A DNA stretch of 62,928 nt, filler included, from Octopus bimaculoides (lineage: Eukaryota), in assembly GCF_001194135.2 (NCBI RefSeq). It is 5 parts of 3 records of this genome, joined end to end, with 100 filler letters (N's around TTAATTAATTAA, not from the genome) between each part and the next. Parts side by side here need not be neighbours in the genome. Positions count along the whole stretch, not along the records: positions 1 to 27,777 come from NC_069001.1; positions 27,878 to 31,467 come from NC_068982.1; positions 31,568 to 48,453 come from NC_068982.1; 2 more parts are not named here. One strand, written 5' to 3'. Below are positions 26,133 to 38,689 of the stretch, piece by piece (within the stretch, counting starts at the first letter, position 1; each line of letters opens with the position of its first letter). The notes under the pieces were generated by a model, which was not told where the DNA came from, did no database searches, and saw nothing but the letters and a program-made list of their open reading frames with translations. Position numbers and translations under genes: made by a program.

Positions 26133-27720
26133 TGTAAAGGCTTTAGTCACCACCAGAAGAGCTTGCAATACCGTCGGGTAGCTCATGTAGTCTTTGTATA
26201 GAACAAAACATCTCCGGTGTTTATTTTACCGATAGAATGTCAGATCCTCAGTAATAAGTAAATAAACATATGTTAAAGGGGTGATATTTTGAAAAAAATT
26301 CAATTACTGAGATTTTTATGCTTCCAGTTGGCGAAAGAAAAGGAAGCGTTAGTGGTGATTGTTTACAAATAAAAGCGGAATATCATTTCAAGAACTTCAG
26401 AAACAATTTCACAAAATCAATTTAAATATTTGGTAGGGCGAGGAATATGATATTTCAGTATTCAGCACAACCAGCAGTCATTGGCGAGGAAACATGACTG
26501 AGTAACATATACTCAGGTTGACTTTAGCGTTCATCTTTTCGGGGTCGATACAATAAGTACCAATTGAACACTTGGGTCAATATAATCGACTTATCCCCTC
26601 CCCAGAGCTTTCTGACCTTGTGCCGAAATTTGAAATCATTATTATTATTATTAAGTGAAGATTAATGTCAGAATTCGAACTCAGGAGATGTTTGTCCCAT
26701 ACATGCCAGTTTTTCTCCAGTACGAATCAGAGCAAAACCCATCAGCGCCTTTCTTTTCACATCTCTGCTTTGACCACTGCTAGTATTATTACAATGTAAA
26801 GGAGTCGAAGTTTTTCACCACTGAAATTTGGTACAGTAAAATAGACAAAGCTAAGGGAAATGACACACAGAGGCTAAGGGGTAAATTTAGATAGATAAAT
26901 TACACACACATTTAGAGAGAGAGAGGGGGAGAGGGAGAGAGAGAGAGACGAGGGCATGTACATACACGTCATCGTTATATATTACTAATTTTTCTTTTAT
27001 ACTTGAACAGCTCAATGTTTCTATTTTCGTTTCATTTCGCGCCATTTTTGTTGGCAACGTTTTTGCAAAGGGAGAGAGGGAGAAAGAGAGAGAAAGAGAG
27101 AGCAGTGACATCAGTATTTCTGTGCTATTTCTGTGGATGTTGTTGTTGGTGGTGGTGATGCTGGTGTGTTGATATTTCTGTGGTGAGTGTAGATATCGAT
27201 GTCGGTGAAGTCGTGGTCATCTATGATCGGGCATCACGTGAGATACAAAAGCACTAGAGAGAAGAGAAAGCGAGAGAGAGAGAGAGAGAGGGGAGGGAGA
27301 GAGAGAGAGGAAAGAAAGAAAGGAAGAAAGAACGGGATAGAGAGAGAGAGACAAAGAATGGCGCCAGTCTAACGTATGCGAGTTTGTGTGACCTGGAAAC
27401 GACTCGCCAAACACCATTTGCTTATCGACCAATGGCTTGTTTACATACAGCGTTTCTGGATAGCCGGCTGTATTTGTATGCGTGTGAGCATGTGTGTGTG
27501 GAGGGAGTTGTTTATTTGTGGGCTTCTTTACTTGTATATGTATCTAAAGGTCCCTTTAACCTAACGGTTGGAAAGAAGAAACTAATAAAATGAATAGCAG
27601 AGTTTAGGTTGATTTAATCGCCTAAAAAAAAAAAGAAAAAAAACCTTCAAGGCAATCTCCCATCATAGTTGCTATCCAGTGATTGAAAGCAGTAGAACGA
27701 GATGTATGCGCGCGTGCATA

Positions 27721-27777
<57 letters not shown>

Positions 27778-27984
27778 NNNNNNNNNNNNNNNNNNNNNNN
27801 NNNNNNNNNNNNNNNNNNNNNTTAATTAATTAANNNNNNNNNNNNNNNNNNNNNNNNNNNNNNNNNNNNNNNNNNNNAATAGACGAAGCGCGTGGTTAGT
27901 GTCATGAATGTGGGAAGGGAGAGAAGCCACTAGGGGGGCGAGGACACGGTATATATATATATATATACATGTGTGTGTGTGTGT

Positions 27985-28196
27985 GTATGTTTGTGTGTCT
28001 GTGTTTGTCCCCCCCCCCATCGCCTGACAATCGATGCTGGTGTGTTTATGTCCCCGTAGCTTAAGGGTTCGGCAAAAGAGACCGATAGAATAAGTACTAG
28101 GCTTACAAAGAATAAGTCGAATTGCTCGACTAAAGGCGGTGCTCCCCAGCATGGCCGCAGTCACATGACTGAAACAAGTAAAAGAGTAAAAGAGAG
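27985..28196 (+). mobile_element. SINE family B 3' half
   Basis: gtgtctgtgtttgtccccc...atgctggtgtgtttatgtccccgtagcttaagggttcggcaaaagagaccgatagaataagtac...ggcggtgctccccagcatggccgcagtcacatgactgaaacaagtaaaaga. Confidence 0.85.
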
Positions 28197-28908
28197 AAAG
28201 AACCAGGCCTGATTCTGAGTTTTCTTTAAATCGAATAAAGAAAGCCTCTGATTATTTAGAAAAGTTCAAACTAGTTACCCTCCTCCTCTCGCGTGCCTCT
28301 CTGATGCATTGTGGTAGTCTAGCGCCTGTCTTGCGAACAAAATGTTGTCAAGCTTTCATACTTACAACAAAAGGTTCCATATTGCGAATTGTTTTCTTTG
28401 ACAGATCGTTTGTGAAGGGCAGCGTTTCATTTTTCGTATTTACATTTGACGCAATGAATACTCATATACCGTTGTTGTCGCTGCTGCGGCTTCTACTGCT
28501 GCTACTACTGCTGATCCCACTGCTGCTGCTGCTGTTGTTGTTGTTCTAGTTGTTGTTGTTGACAATATTTCCACCGAAAGTGTTTAAATCTAATGTTAAA
28601 GTGTTTTATTCCTGTTCATACAATATGCGTCTCTATGGAAATGAGACAGAAATCGTCAAGTGTTGTTACATAATCTCTGTACTAATAACTATATTATTTC
28701 TTGCGTAGGCTTTAATATTAAGCCTATTTTCATTTAACTAATTAATTGAAAATAAGTCGTTTAACGTCGGATTATATTGTGAAGACCGCCGTCAAATAAT
28801 GCAGCAGCGAAGGGAAAGCAGTGACTAGTGATTGCGACCTGGTTCCGATTGCACGATGAAAACCTTTGCCTTACTAACACCAAATTTTGTTGATATATAT
28901 ATATTTGA

Positions 28909-29200
28909 GAGACATGCAAGACATGGATGCGGAGGTCTTCAAGACAAAACTTGACGCTTTCCTCTCCACGATACCAGACGAACCAATGGCTCGTAATGAG
29001 ACGCAGTTTAGGGCAGCAATGTCAAATTCTCTTATACACCAGATGTGCCATCAAAACTCTTGATTGGACCATATCAGGTGGGGGAGAAGAGCCATGCAAG
29101 GAACGTGAAGAGAGCAAAGCATAAAGACAGAAAATCACGGTGGTGCTCCAGCATGACCGCAGCCACTTGGCTGAAACCCATAAATAAATAAATAAATAAC
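28909..29200 (+). mobile_element. 3' end of a CR1/L2/Proto2-like LINE (ORF2 C-terminus, 3' UTR, (TAAA)n tail)
   Basis: RDMQDMDAEVFKTKLDAFLSTIPDEPMARNETQFRAAMSNSLIHQMCHQNS*; overlaps the 3' end of the LINE at 57755-58585; ends ...gctgaaaccca(taaa)n. Confidence 0.8.
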
Positions 29201-29370
29201 TNNNNNNNNNNNNNNNNNNNNNNNNNNNNNNNNNNNNNNNNNNNNNNNNNNNNNNNNNNNNNNNNNNNNNNNNNNNNNNNNNNNNNNNNNNNNNNNNNNN
29301 NNNNNNNNNNNNNNNNNNNNNNNNNNNNNNNNNNNNNNNNNNNNNNNNNNNNNNNNNNNNNNNNNNNNNN

Positions 29371-29422
<52 letters not shown>

Positions 29423-29439
29423 TGTATGTATATCTATAT

Positions 29440-29700
29440 GGCAAATGAAAGACGGAAGATGGAAGATACGAGAATTTATTATTAATCACAATTTTTTCGA
29501 TACACCTAGCATCGATCCCTCGCGTATGGGACACTCAGCAACTGGTTCAAGAGCATTCGGCGATGCAAATGTATAATGGGTACTACGAGGCCGAAGTGGC
29601 ATAGGAGGCTTCAAGAATGATGAGAGGTGGAAAGACGAGTGGTGTGAGAGTATCTGAGATACAATACTCAGCCAGTTCCAAGAAACAAAGGCCATTGCAG
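29440..29700 (+). mobile_element. Possible RTE-type LINE 3' remnant
   Basis: Weak: KDGRWKI...SRMGHSATGSRAFG...RWKDEW resembles the RTE C-terminal M.DGRIPK.LLYG.L..G.R..G pattern. Confidence 0.3.
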
Positions 29701-30399
29701 ATATGTCAGGAACAACACACAGAGAGACAGGCAGACAGACAGAGACAGAGAGAGAGAGGAAGAGAGAGAAGACAGCACGCTTCTGGAACAGAGATTAGAG
29801 CAAATGACTGAATATCAAATAATCAGGTGACCTTTCTCTGAATGCTGACCAGGATGTGTAGCAACATAGTAACAGAACCGTGCCCTACAGTGTTCCTCAC
29901 TTCAGACTTCTAGCTGTTGGAGGCTAAAATTTTTATTGATAGGGAACAGAAGAGTCAGCCCCTCATGGAACTCGAATGTCAATTTATACAGATTTTGGTG
30001 CTGAATATCTTTAAAAGTAATAATACTATTTGACTAAAATTGGCTACTCCTGGTAATCCGAACCCATCCTGTCAGAATCTGCTATCAGAATCGGTATATA
30101 TCTCTTTACTTTCAAGTTACTGGCCTTTCAAATATGGACCTTTTCATGAGCGGAAAAATAAATCAACATTCAAGAGTCCCCCATGAGGTCAAGATTTCTA
30201 ATACAAGTAAACTTCTGCTGAGTTTCTTCAATTTGAAGACTGATCTGAAGGAGCTTATTAATAATATGCTCCTATAGTAATATACTAATATATTACTAAA
30301 GTTTTTCAAGAAAACTGTCAGCTTTTTGCAAAAGTCACGCCAAAGAGTACGAATTAATCACAAATATTCTAAGCAAATTATCATGAAACAGCGAAGGAA

Positions 30400-30610
30400 C
30401 TCATTGCAGGGGTCTCAACGTGATCACGCTATCTGCTAGAAAGAACAGTTAAATCTTCCTCAATCACAGTCTACTGCCGTAAAACTCGAAGAATATTGCA
30501 TATTTGATCCAAGGAGCACTATGAGTAAAAGACCAAGTGGTCATGTAGGAATGCTTTTGGTCATAGGTCTGTTCAGTCAGCGCTTGCTTCGGTCTAAACA
30601 ACAACGCTAA
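30400..30610 (+). repeat. Dispersed repeat family D (ctgctagaaa...ggatggtca...ggaatgcttt(t)gatcatagg...ctaaacaacaac)
   Basis: The same motif set recurs at about 7670-7810(-), 31230-31395, 40355-40505, 53875-53945(-), 54225-54390(-) and 60240-60520. Confidence 0.6.
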
Positions 30611-30871
30611 AATATCACAGAGAAACCAAACGATATAAATTCCAAACTTGCAATTAAAGCCCAAACTCTGTCACTTCTACAATTAATTAGAATCTCGAGC
30701 TAAATAGGGTACCTGTACATAGTCACCAAACTTGCTAGAAATAGCTGATAAATCTTTATCAAATTATGCTCTACGGACTTAATTGAAGAAGCACGACGTA
30801 TAGGATATACAAAAAAACACACGTTTGCCACGGAACACCTTCGATGACAGGCCTGACCGATAAGAGATAAC

Positions 30872-31187
30872 TGGCACTCCGTCGGTTACAATCACCAGAG
30901 TTCCAGTTAATCCGATCAACGGAATAATAGCCTGCTCGTTGAAGGGGGTTGAGCACTCCACAGACTCGTGCCCTTAAGGTAGTTCTCAGGGTGATTCAGC
31001 GTGGCACACAGTGTGACATAGTTGGCATTTTGAATTATAGATACAGACTCATTTTTGCCAGCTGAGTAGACTGGAGCAACGTGAAATAAAGAGCCTTGTC
31101 CAAGGACACAACGCGCCGCCGGGAATCGAACTCACGACCTTACGATCATGAACCGAACACTCTAAACATGAAGCCATGCGCTTTCAC
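30872..31187 (-). mobile_element. SINE family C with a 15-bp target-site duplication
   Basis: TSD ccgataagagataac at 30857-30871 and 31188-31202; tRNA-like head at the right end (gggaatcgaactcacgacc...aagccatgcgc). Confidence 0.9.
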
Positions 31188-31834
31188 CCGATAAGAGATA
31201 ACATTGGACTGAGCAACAGAATCAATCAGCCAACAGATCTCTATCAAACTACATCTTAAACAAAGCGGAAGGACATTAGATATTGTGTAGTCTTTGGTAT
31301 ACAAAAGAGCAGGATGATCACGGCTGGAACGCTGTTTTTGATCGTAGGCATTGCTTGATTAGGACTGATGAATTGGATGGCTAAACAACAACGAATTGCA
31401 CTTTACGGATCGAGTCTCTCACCACCATCATCACCACCACCACCTCCACCACCACCACCACCACCACNNNNNNNNNNNNNNNNNNNNNNNNNNNNNNNNN
31501 NNNNNNNNNNNTTAATTAATTAANNNNNNNNNNNNNNNNNNNNNNNNNNNNNNNNNNNNNNNNNNNNTATATATATATATATATATATACATATTTATAA
31601 AGGCAAGAGAGTTAGGTAGATAGATATACACACAAACACATACATATAGATAGATGTGTATCTGTACATATTTAAATCTATATATATGTACACACACACA
31701 CACACACATTTAATGTGTGTTTACAACTTCCCACTCAACCTCCACTCCACTCTCCTCTCTCCCGCTCTCTCTCTCTTTGTCTATGTATCTGTCTAGTATT
31801 TTCTCTCTCAGTCTTTCCTTCACACACAATCGCT

Positions 31835-31891
<57 letters not shown>

Positions 31892-32478
31892 GTACACTCA
31901 CGCGCACACACACACATACATAGTTTATCTTTCTGAAATTTTCGATCAAATACATATAACTAATATCCTATTGTATTTGACTCATCTCCTTTAACTTTGT
32001 GTGTGTGAATGTGTATGTGTGTGTGTGTNNNNNNNNNNATATACATATATGTATGACTTTCTGTGTGAGTATGTACGTCTATATGTATGCCTAATTCTTG
32101 TTCACAATAATTTAAAGTTCATTCACCCATGAAACACTTAATAAAATTCTTTGATAGTAAAATTGTCCAGAACATACTGAAATCTCTGAGCAGTTTATAT
32201 AGAATGATTCATGAAATCATATAAGAACGAATATTCGTTCGCGTGGGAGGATGTTTTGTAATGTAAAGCCAGCATGAATATATATAGTTCTGTCTGTCTG
32301 TGCATGTTTGTGGTGTTTCGTGCATTTGTGTATGTGGATGCAGCAGACATGTATTGTAAATTTCTATAGAAGTATGTACAGTATGTTTATAGATGGTAAA
32401 AGTTGCTAATGAATGCATGACTATGTGGGCGTTGATAAATGTACAATTATATTTACAAGGTTTGTTTGCTATCTATCC

Positions 32479-32548
<70 letters not shown>

Positions 32549-32588
32549 TAAATTTATATATGTTAGAATACATATATACATATATGTG

Positions 32589-32625
<37 letters not shown>

Positions 32626-32635
32626 NNNNNNNNNN

Positions 32636-32681
<46 letters not shown>

Positions 32682-32833
32682 GCATATATATATTGTATAT
32701 ATGTATATATATATATATATATGTATATACATTCATACATATATGCATATACCTTCATACATATATATGAGTGTGTGTGTGTGAGTGTGAGTGGGTGTAT
32801 GCGTGTCTATATGTATGCATTTATAAATGTGTA

Positions 32834-32868
<35 letters not shown>

Positions 32869-33722
32869 NNNNNNNNNNNNNNNNNNNNNNNNNNNNNNNN
32901 NNNNNNNNNNNNNNNNNNNNNNNNNNNNNNNNNNNNNNNNNNNNNNNNNNNNNNNNNNNNNNNNNNNNNNNNNNNNNNNNNNNNNNNNNNNNNNNNNNNN
33001 NNNNNNNNNNNNNNNNNNNNNNNNNNNNNNNNNNNNNNNNNNNNNNNNNNNNNNNNNNNNNNNNNNNNNNNNNNNNNNNNNNNNNNNNNNNNNNNNNNNN
33101 NNNNNNNNNNNNNNNNNNNNNNNNNNNNNNNNNNNNNNNNNNNNNNNNNNNNNNNNNNNNNNNNNNNNNNNNNNNNNNNNNNNNNNNNNNNNNNNNNNNN
33201 NNNNNNNNNNNNNNNNNNNNNNNNNNNNNNNNNNNNNNNNNNNNNNNNNNNNNNNNNNNNNNNNNNNNNNNNNNNNNNNNNNNNNNNNNNNNNNNNNNNN
33301 NNNNNNNNNNNNNNNNNNNNNNNNNNNNNNNNNNNNNNNNNNNNNNNNNNNNNNNNNNNNNNNNNNNNNNNNNNNNNNNNNNNNNNNNNNNNNNNNNNNN
33401 NNNNNNNNNNNNNNNNNNNNNNNNNNNNNNNNNNNNNNNNNNNNNCACACGTACACTCACGCGCACACACACACATACATAGTTTATCTTTCTGAAATTT
33501 TCGATCAAATACATATAACTAATATCCTATTGTATTTGACTCATCTCCTTTAACTTTGTGTGTGTGAATGTGTATGTGTGTGTGTGTGCGTGTGTATAGA
33601 ACATACATAGGTATACTTATATATATCTTTATACATATGTAAATATATATAGTTATGTATTTTATATTTATGTATATATATATGTATATCTTAATAAACA
33701 TATATATCTATTGTTATGTTTG

Positions 33723-33760
<38 letters not shown>

Positions 33761-34451
33761 GTATAAATACGCATATATACATATTGGTATGTATATATAT
33801 TCAGATATATATATTCATATATATATATATACATACATATATACTTACATATACATATATGTATGTATAATATATATATATATACATAAAAAGATATATA
33901 TGCATACATTATATATGTATATATGTATACATACACATACATATATATATATATACACGTATATGTGTATGTATATACGTGTGTGTGTGTATGTATGCTT
34001 TTGTGTATGTGTGCGTGTTTCTGCGTGAGCGTGTATGCGTGTATTTATGTGTGGCGGACGTAAATATTACATTTCGCTTGATTGAATTATGCACTGTCAG
34101 TTACTGATGCAGAAGACCACTAATTAAATAGCAAAACGGTTGTTATTTAGCCAGAATTATATAACATCAAAGATGGTTGACCTCCCCAGTAGAGGGAGCT
34201 TTGCTTAAGCAAACACTACAACCGGCCAACGCCATCATGTTTGCACGTAGCTGTCAGTTTAGTTTAATCTGATATTTCACGCTTCTGGTTCTGCTCGACG
34301 GACTTCCCACTAAATTTACTTCATCGATACCGAAAGGTTGTATGTGGATCTGTTTCTCATCGTTTCCTTCTTCCATTCTTTTTCCTTCCTTCCTTCCTTC
34401 CTTCCTTCCTTCCTTCCTTCCTTCCTTCCTTTCTGCCTTCCTTTCGTTATT

Positions 34452-34530
<79 letters not shown>

Positions 34531-34659
34531 ATTCATTTCGTTTTCTTCTTTTCTTGCTTTCTATTGCGGATAAATTCAATGCTCGTATGTAAACGTTTGT
34601 ATACATACATACATACATACATACATACATACATGCATACATGCATACATACATACATG

Positions 34660-34730
<71 letters not shown>

Positions 34731-34749
34731 GCATACATAATTTATACTA

Positions 34750-34980
34750 GAGTAAGCACATAAATGCGAAACAAGGTGGGAAAAATAGTACTCGAATACC
34801 AGAGGTAGAGTAATATGCATTATTAAAAAGGAGCAAAAATATCACAAAAACTGTTACTCAGAGTTTCCCGTTCGTTAGACAGTTTTGTTTAGATTCTAAT
34901 CAAAGTTGTCCGACGAACGGGAACGTGAAACTTTGAATAACAGTTTTTGTGATATTTTTGCTGCTTTTTGATAAAGTATA
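34750..34980. mobile_element. Inverted (fold-back) pair of Penelope-like LTR segments centred near 34894
   Basis: Left ttaaaaaggagcaaaaatatcacaaaaactgttactcagagtttcccgttcgttagacagttttgtttaga mirrors right tctaatcaaagttgtccgacgaacgggaacgtgaaactttgaataacagtttttgtgatatttttgctgcttttt. Confidence 0.75.
34902..34947 (+). ncRNA. Minimal type I hammerhead-like motif (right arm), with a second decayed copy on the minus strand at 34847-34886
   Basis: Right: aaagttgt-CCGACGA-acg GGAA cgt-GAAAC-tttga-ATA-acagtttt. Left (minus): aaaactgt-CTAACGA-acgg..GAAAC-tctga-GTA-acagtttt. The combined arms give an 8-bp stem I, a 3-bp stem II with GNRA loop and a GUA site. Confidence 0.6.
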
Positions 34981-35479
34981 TAATTTATATATATACAAAC
35001 ATATATATATATATANNNNNNNNNNNNNNNNNNNNNNNNNNNNNNNNNNNNNNNNNNNNNNNNNNNNNNNNNNNNNNNNNNNNNNNNNNNNNNNNNNNNN
35101 NNNNNNNNNNNNNNNNNNNNNNNNNNNNNNNNNNNNNNNNNNNNNNNNNNNNNNNNNNNNNNNNNNNNNNNNNNNNNNNNNNNNNNNNNNNNNNNNNNNN
35201 NNNNNNNNNNNNNNNNNNNNNNNNNNNNNNNNNNNNNNNNNNNNNNNNNNNNNNNNNNNNNNNNNNNNNNNNNNNNNNNNNNNNNNNNNNNNNNNNNNNN
35301 NNNNNNNNNNNNNNNNNNNNNNNNNNNNNNNNNNNNNNNNNNNNNNNNNNNNNNNNNNNNNNNNNNNNNNNNNNNNNNNNNNNNNNNNNNNNNNNNNNNN
35401 NNNNNNNNNNNNNNNNNNNNNNNNNNNNNNNNNNNNNNNNNNNNNNNNNNNNNNNNNNNNNNNNNNNNNNNNAGTTTCC

Positions 35480-35718
35480 TTCTCGAGTCATATCGTCTCT
35501 TAAGAGCCAGTTTCCTCGTTTCCATGGTGTATACATTCCGCACCTGGACAGGGCGTCGGTCCATCGCAGGATTTCTAATTTTTGCTAGGGGAGTGGAGTG
35601 GGGCAATGTGAAATGAAATATTTTGCTCAAGAACACGACGTGTCACCCGGTCCAGAAATCGAAGCCACAATCTTACGATCATGAGTCCAGCAACCTATCC
35701 ACTAAGCCAATTGCCTCC
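35480..35718 (-). mobile_element. SINE family C variant with V-domain-like segment
   Basis: cacctggacagggcgtcggtccatcgcagg is the reverse complement of cctgcgatggaccgacgccctgtccagg; head ccagaaatcgaagccacaatcttacgatcatga...ccactaagcca. Confidence 0.82.
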
Positions 35719-35947
35719 ACACAATTCTAGCAATATGGGAATTTTACTACTTTTTACCACACGGGCCGATGAACGAAGGTATGTCAAATAAGGGAGACTG
35801 TAACCATTGATTGATAATGTGTCCAATCTGATGTAAAGAGAGAAAACAAATAAGGAAAAAAGCGTCGCTCGGTCCAGGAATCGAAACCACCATCTTACGA
35901 GCATGAATTTTCGGTTATAGTTGATTCGGTATTATAGAGTATAGCCA

Positions 35948-36168
35948 GCAAGGCGGCGAGCTGGCAGAATCGTTAGCACGCTGGAGGAAATGCTTAGCGG
36001 TATTTCGCCCATCGCTACGTTCTGAGTTCAAATTCCATCGAGTTCGACTTTGCTTTTCATCCTTCCGGGGTTCGATAAAATAAGTACTAGTGGAGTACAA
36101 GGGTCGACGTAATCGACTTATTACCCCCCCCCCACAAAAACTTCAGGCCTTGTTTCTATAGTAGAAAT
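35948..36168 (+). mobile_element. SINE family A, full length
   Basis: aaggcggcgagctggcagaatcgttagcacgctggaggaaatgcttagcggtatttcg...ttctgagttcaaattcc...tttcatccttccggggttcgataaaataagtac...ggccttgtttctatagtagaaa. Confidence 0.9.
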
Positions 36169-36294
36169 TAGTATAACGTATAGCAAGTATCCTTGACATA
36201 CAAGTCGTTCATTGGGGATCTCGTTGTAGTGGTGAGATTTAGATCAAAGTTTAATTTCTTGATATTTGTGCACTTGTGAATAGCATATTAGTGA

Positions 36295-36590
36295 ATGCTC
36301 ATGGCTTAGTGGTTAACTTATTCGTCTCACGGTTGTAAGGTCGTGAGTTCGATACCCGGCAGTACATTGCATTCTCGAGCAAGGCACTTTATTTCACGTT
36401 GCACCAGTCCGCTCAGCTGGCAAAAATGAGCTGTACTTGTATTTCAAAGGACCAGTCGTGTCACATTCTGTGTCACGCTGAGTCTACCTGAGAATTATGT
36501 TAGGGGTATGTGTGTCAGTGGTTGCCCATGTTCCGTTGATCGGGTCAGCAGGAACCTTTGTCGACGTAAACAACAGAGTTCCGGTTGGCA
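36295..36590 (+). mobile_element. SINE family C
   Basis: gctcatggcttagtggttaac...gtaaggtcgtgagttcgatacccggc...cagctggcaaaaatgagctgtacttgtatttcaaagg. Confidence 0.87.
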
Positions 36591-38384
36591 TATTAATACG
36601 AAATCTGTGCGTCGTTCGATTCTTCTCTGCAGCGACATCATTTGCTATCATTCCCTACATCACTCACAATAAGCACTGTGAAGATAAGTTTGTCCCTATG
36701 GAGAACGGAGTAGCAAGCCCACCATATCTTTCATTGATAATTAATTGTCACTGTTCTTTATAATTTTGAATAGTCAAAGATACACTTAAGCTGATTTTCT
36801 TCTTGAATAAAAGGTCAAAACTTTCCATATTTCTTACAACGTTTCGTATTCGAATTTGGTATCATGACATCCACAGGTTTAAATGAACGTTTTTCTTTCT
36901 ATTGCTACACGTCATCTTATCCTTCAACTCTCCTCTCATCTCACCTTTACCCTCTCAACTCTTCATCCCATAACTCTTTCCTTCTACATTTCTCATCTTG
37001 TTTCTCTTCTATCACTTCCTGTTTGTGTTCGAAGCTCCAGTAGTCCTGCGTTCCTTATCAGTCGCAGTCAGTTTTCTTGTTAATTAGAGGATGTAAAACA
37101 CTCATCAATGTCTTTCATTGTTTATTCCACTCTGAAGAAAAATTCTGTACTAAACGTCTGGGTTTTTTTTTTCCGTAGGTCGTAGATACTTCAAAAAGTA
37201 TCAAAATGAGGCGTTTTGTGCCTCAGAGGGAAACTTTACATCATCCACCAAACTTATTTCGACTTGTTGCCAATCTACACGGCCTATACCGTCTAGACTC
37301 GAATCATTCCTATCCTTTCCAACTCGTTGGCGAATGTGATGAAATGATTTTTAATCTCTTATGAATTATTATACGAAAAAAAAAAATAATAATAACTCGA
37401 CACTTCTAATACACAAAATTATGTGTTGTATGTATGTATGTATGTGAAAGTTCTGCCACCCATAAATAAACAAAAATCTATCTATCTATCTATCTATCTA
37501 TCAACCCGTATATACCGTATATATATNNNNNNNNNNNNNNNNNNNNNNNNNNNNNNNNNNNNNNNNNNNNNNNNNNNNNNNNNNNNNNNNNNNNNNNNNN
37601 NNNNNNNNNNNNNNNNNNNNNNNNNNNNNNNNNNNNNNNNNNNNNNNNNNNNNNNNNNNNNNNNNNNNNNNNNNNNNNNNNNNNNNNNNNNNNNNNNNNN
37701 NNNNNNNNNNNNNNNNNNNNNNNNNNNNNNNNNNNNNNNNNNNNNNNNNNNNNNNNNNNNNNNNNNNNNNNNNNNNNNNNNNNNNNNNNNNNNNNNNNNN
37801 NNNNNNNNNNNNNNNNNNNNNNNNNNNNNNNNNNNNNNNNNNNNNNNNNNNNNNNNNNNNNNNNNNNNNNNNNNNNNNNNNNNNNNNNNNNNNNNNNNNN
37901 NNNNNNNNNNNNNNNNNNNNNNNNNNNNNNNNNNNNNNNNNNNNNNNNNNNNNNNNNNNNNNNNNNNNNNNNNNNNNNNNNNNNNNNNNNNNNNNNNNNN
38001 NNNNNNNNNNNNNNNNNNNNNNNNNNNNNNNNNNNNNNNNNNNNNNNNNNNNNNNNNNNNNNNNNNNNNNNNNNNNNNNNNNNNNNNNNNNNNNNNNNNN
38101 NNNNNNNNNNNNNNNNNNNNNNNNNNNNNNNNNNNNNNNNNNNNNNNNNNNNNNNNNNNNNNNNNNNNNNNNNNNNNNNNNNNNNNNNNNNNNNNNNNNN
38201 NNNNNNNNNNNNNNNNNNNNNNNNNNNNNNNNNNNNNNNNNNNNNNNNNNNNNNNNNNNNNNNNNNNNNNNNNNNNNNNNNNNNNNNNNNNNNNNNNNNN
38301 NNNNNNNNNNNNNNNNNNNNNNNNNNNNNNNNNNNNNNNNNNNNNNNNNNNNNNNNNNNNNNNNNNNNNNNNNNNNNNNNNNNN

Positions 38385-38459
<75 letters not shown>

Positions 38460-38689
38460 ATATATGTATGTATTTATGTGTGTGTGTATAAACTTGGTAT
38501 ACATATGTGTCTACTATATATACATTCATATACACACAAACATATATATATGGGGGTGTATGTGTGTATGTGGGGTGTATGTGTGTGTGGAGTGTATGTG
38601 TGTGGTGTGTGTGTGTGTATGTGTTTGTGTGTGTGTAAATGCGTACGTATAACAATTTTGTCTTTATACGAGTTATAATTCTTTCTAAT

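Noticed and set aside
26690-26800. Minus-strand Cys-containing peptide RCEKKGADGFCSDSYWRKLAC (toxin-like at a glance)
   Set aside because: Too few cysteines for ShKT, weak splice context and an immediate stop.
27340-27465. Minus-strand candidate exon GYPETLYVNKPLVDKQMVFGESFP
   Set aside because: Weak acceptor and donor, and the phase cannot be tied to the confident exons.
28366-28460. Minus-strand candidate exon FIASNVNTKNETLPFTNDLSKKTIRNMEPFV with a gtaagt donor
   Set aside because: The acceptor would be a purine-rich GAG; insufficient support without RNA data.
31895-33590. Identical ~140-bp segment at 31895-32029 and 33446-33590
   Set aside because: Both copies abut gaps and are identical; most likely redundant contig ends or haplotype duplication.
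36668-36695. 28-nt AG/GT-bounded segment reading GQTYLHSAY (ankyrin-like G.T.LH.A)
   Set aside because: Too short to distinguish from chance; no other ankyrin-like pieces found.
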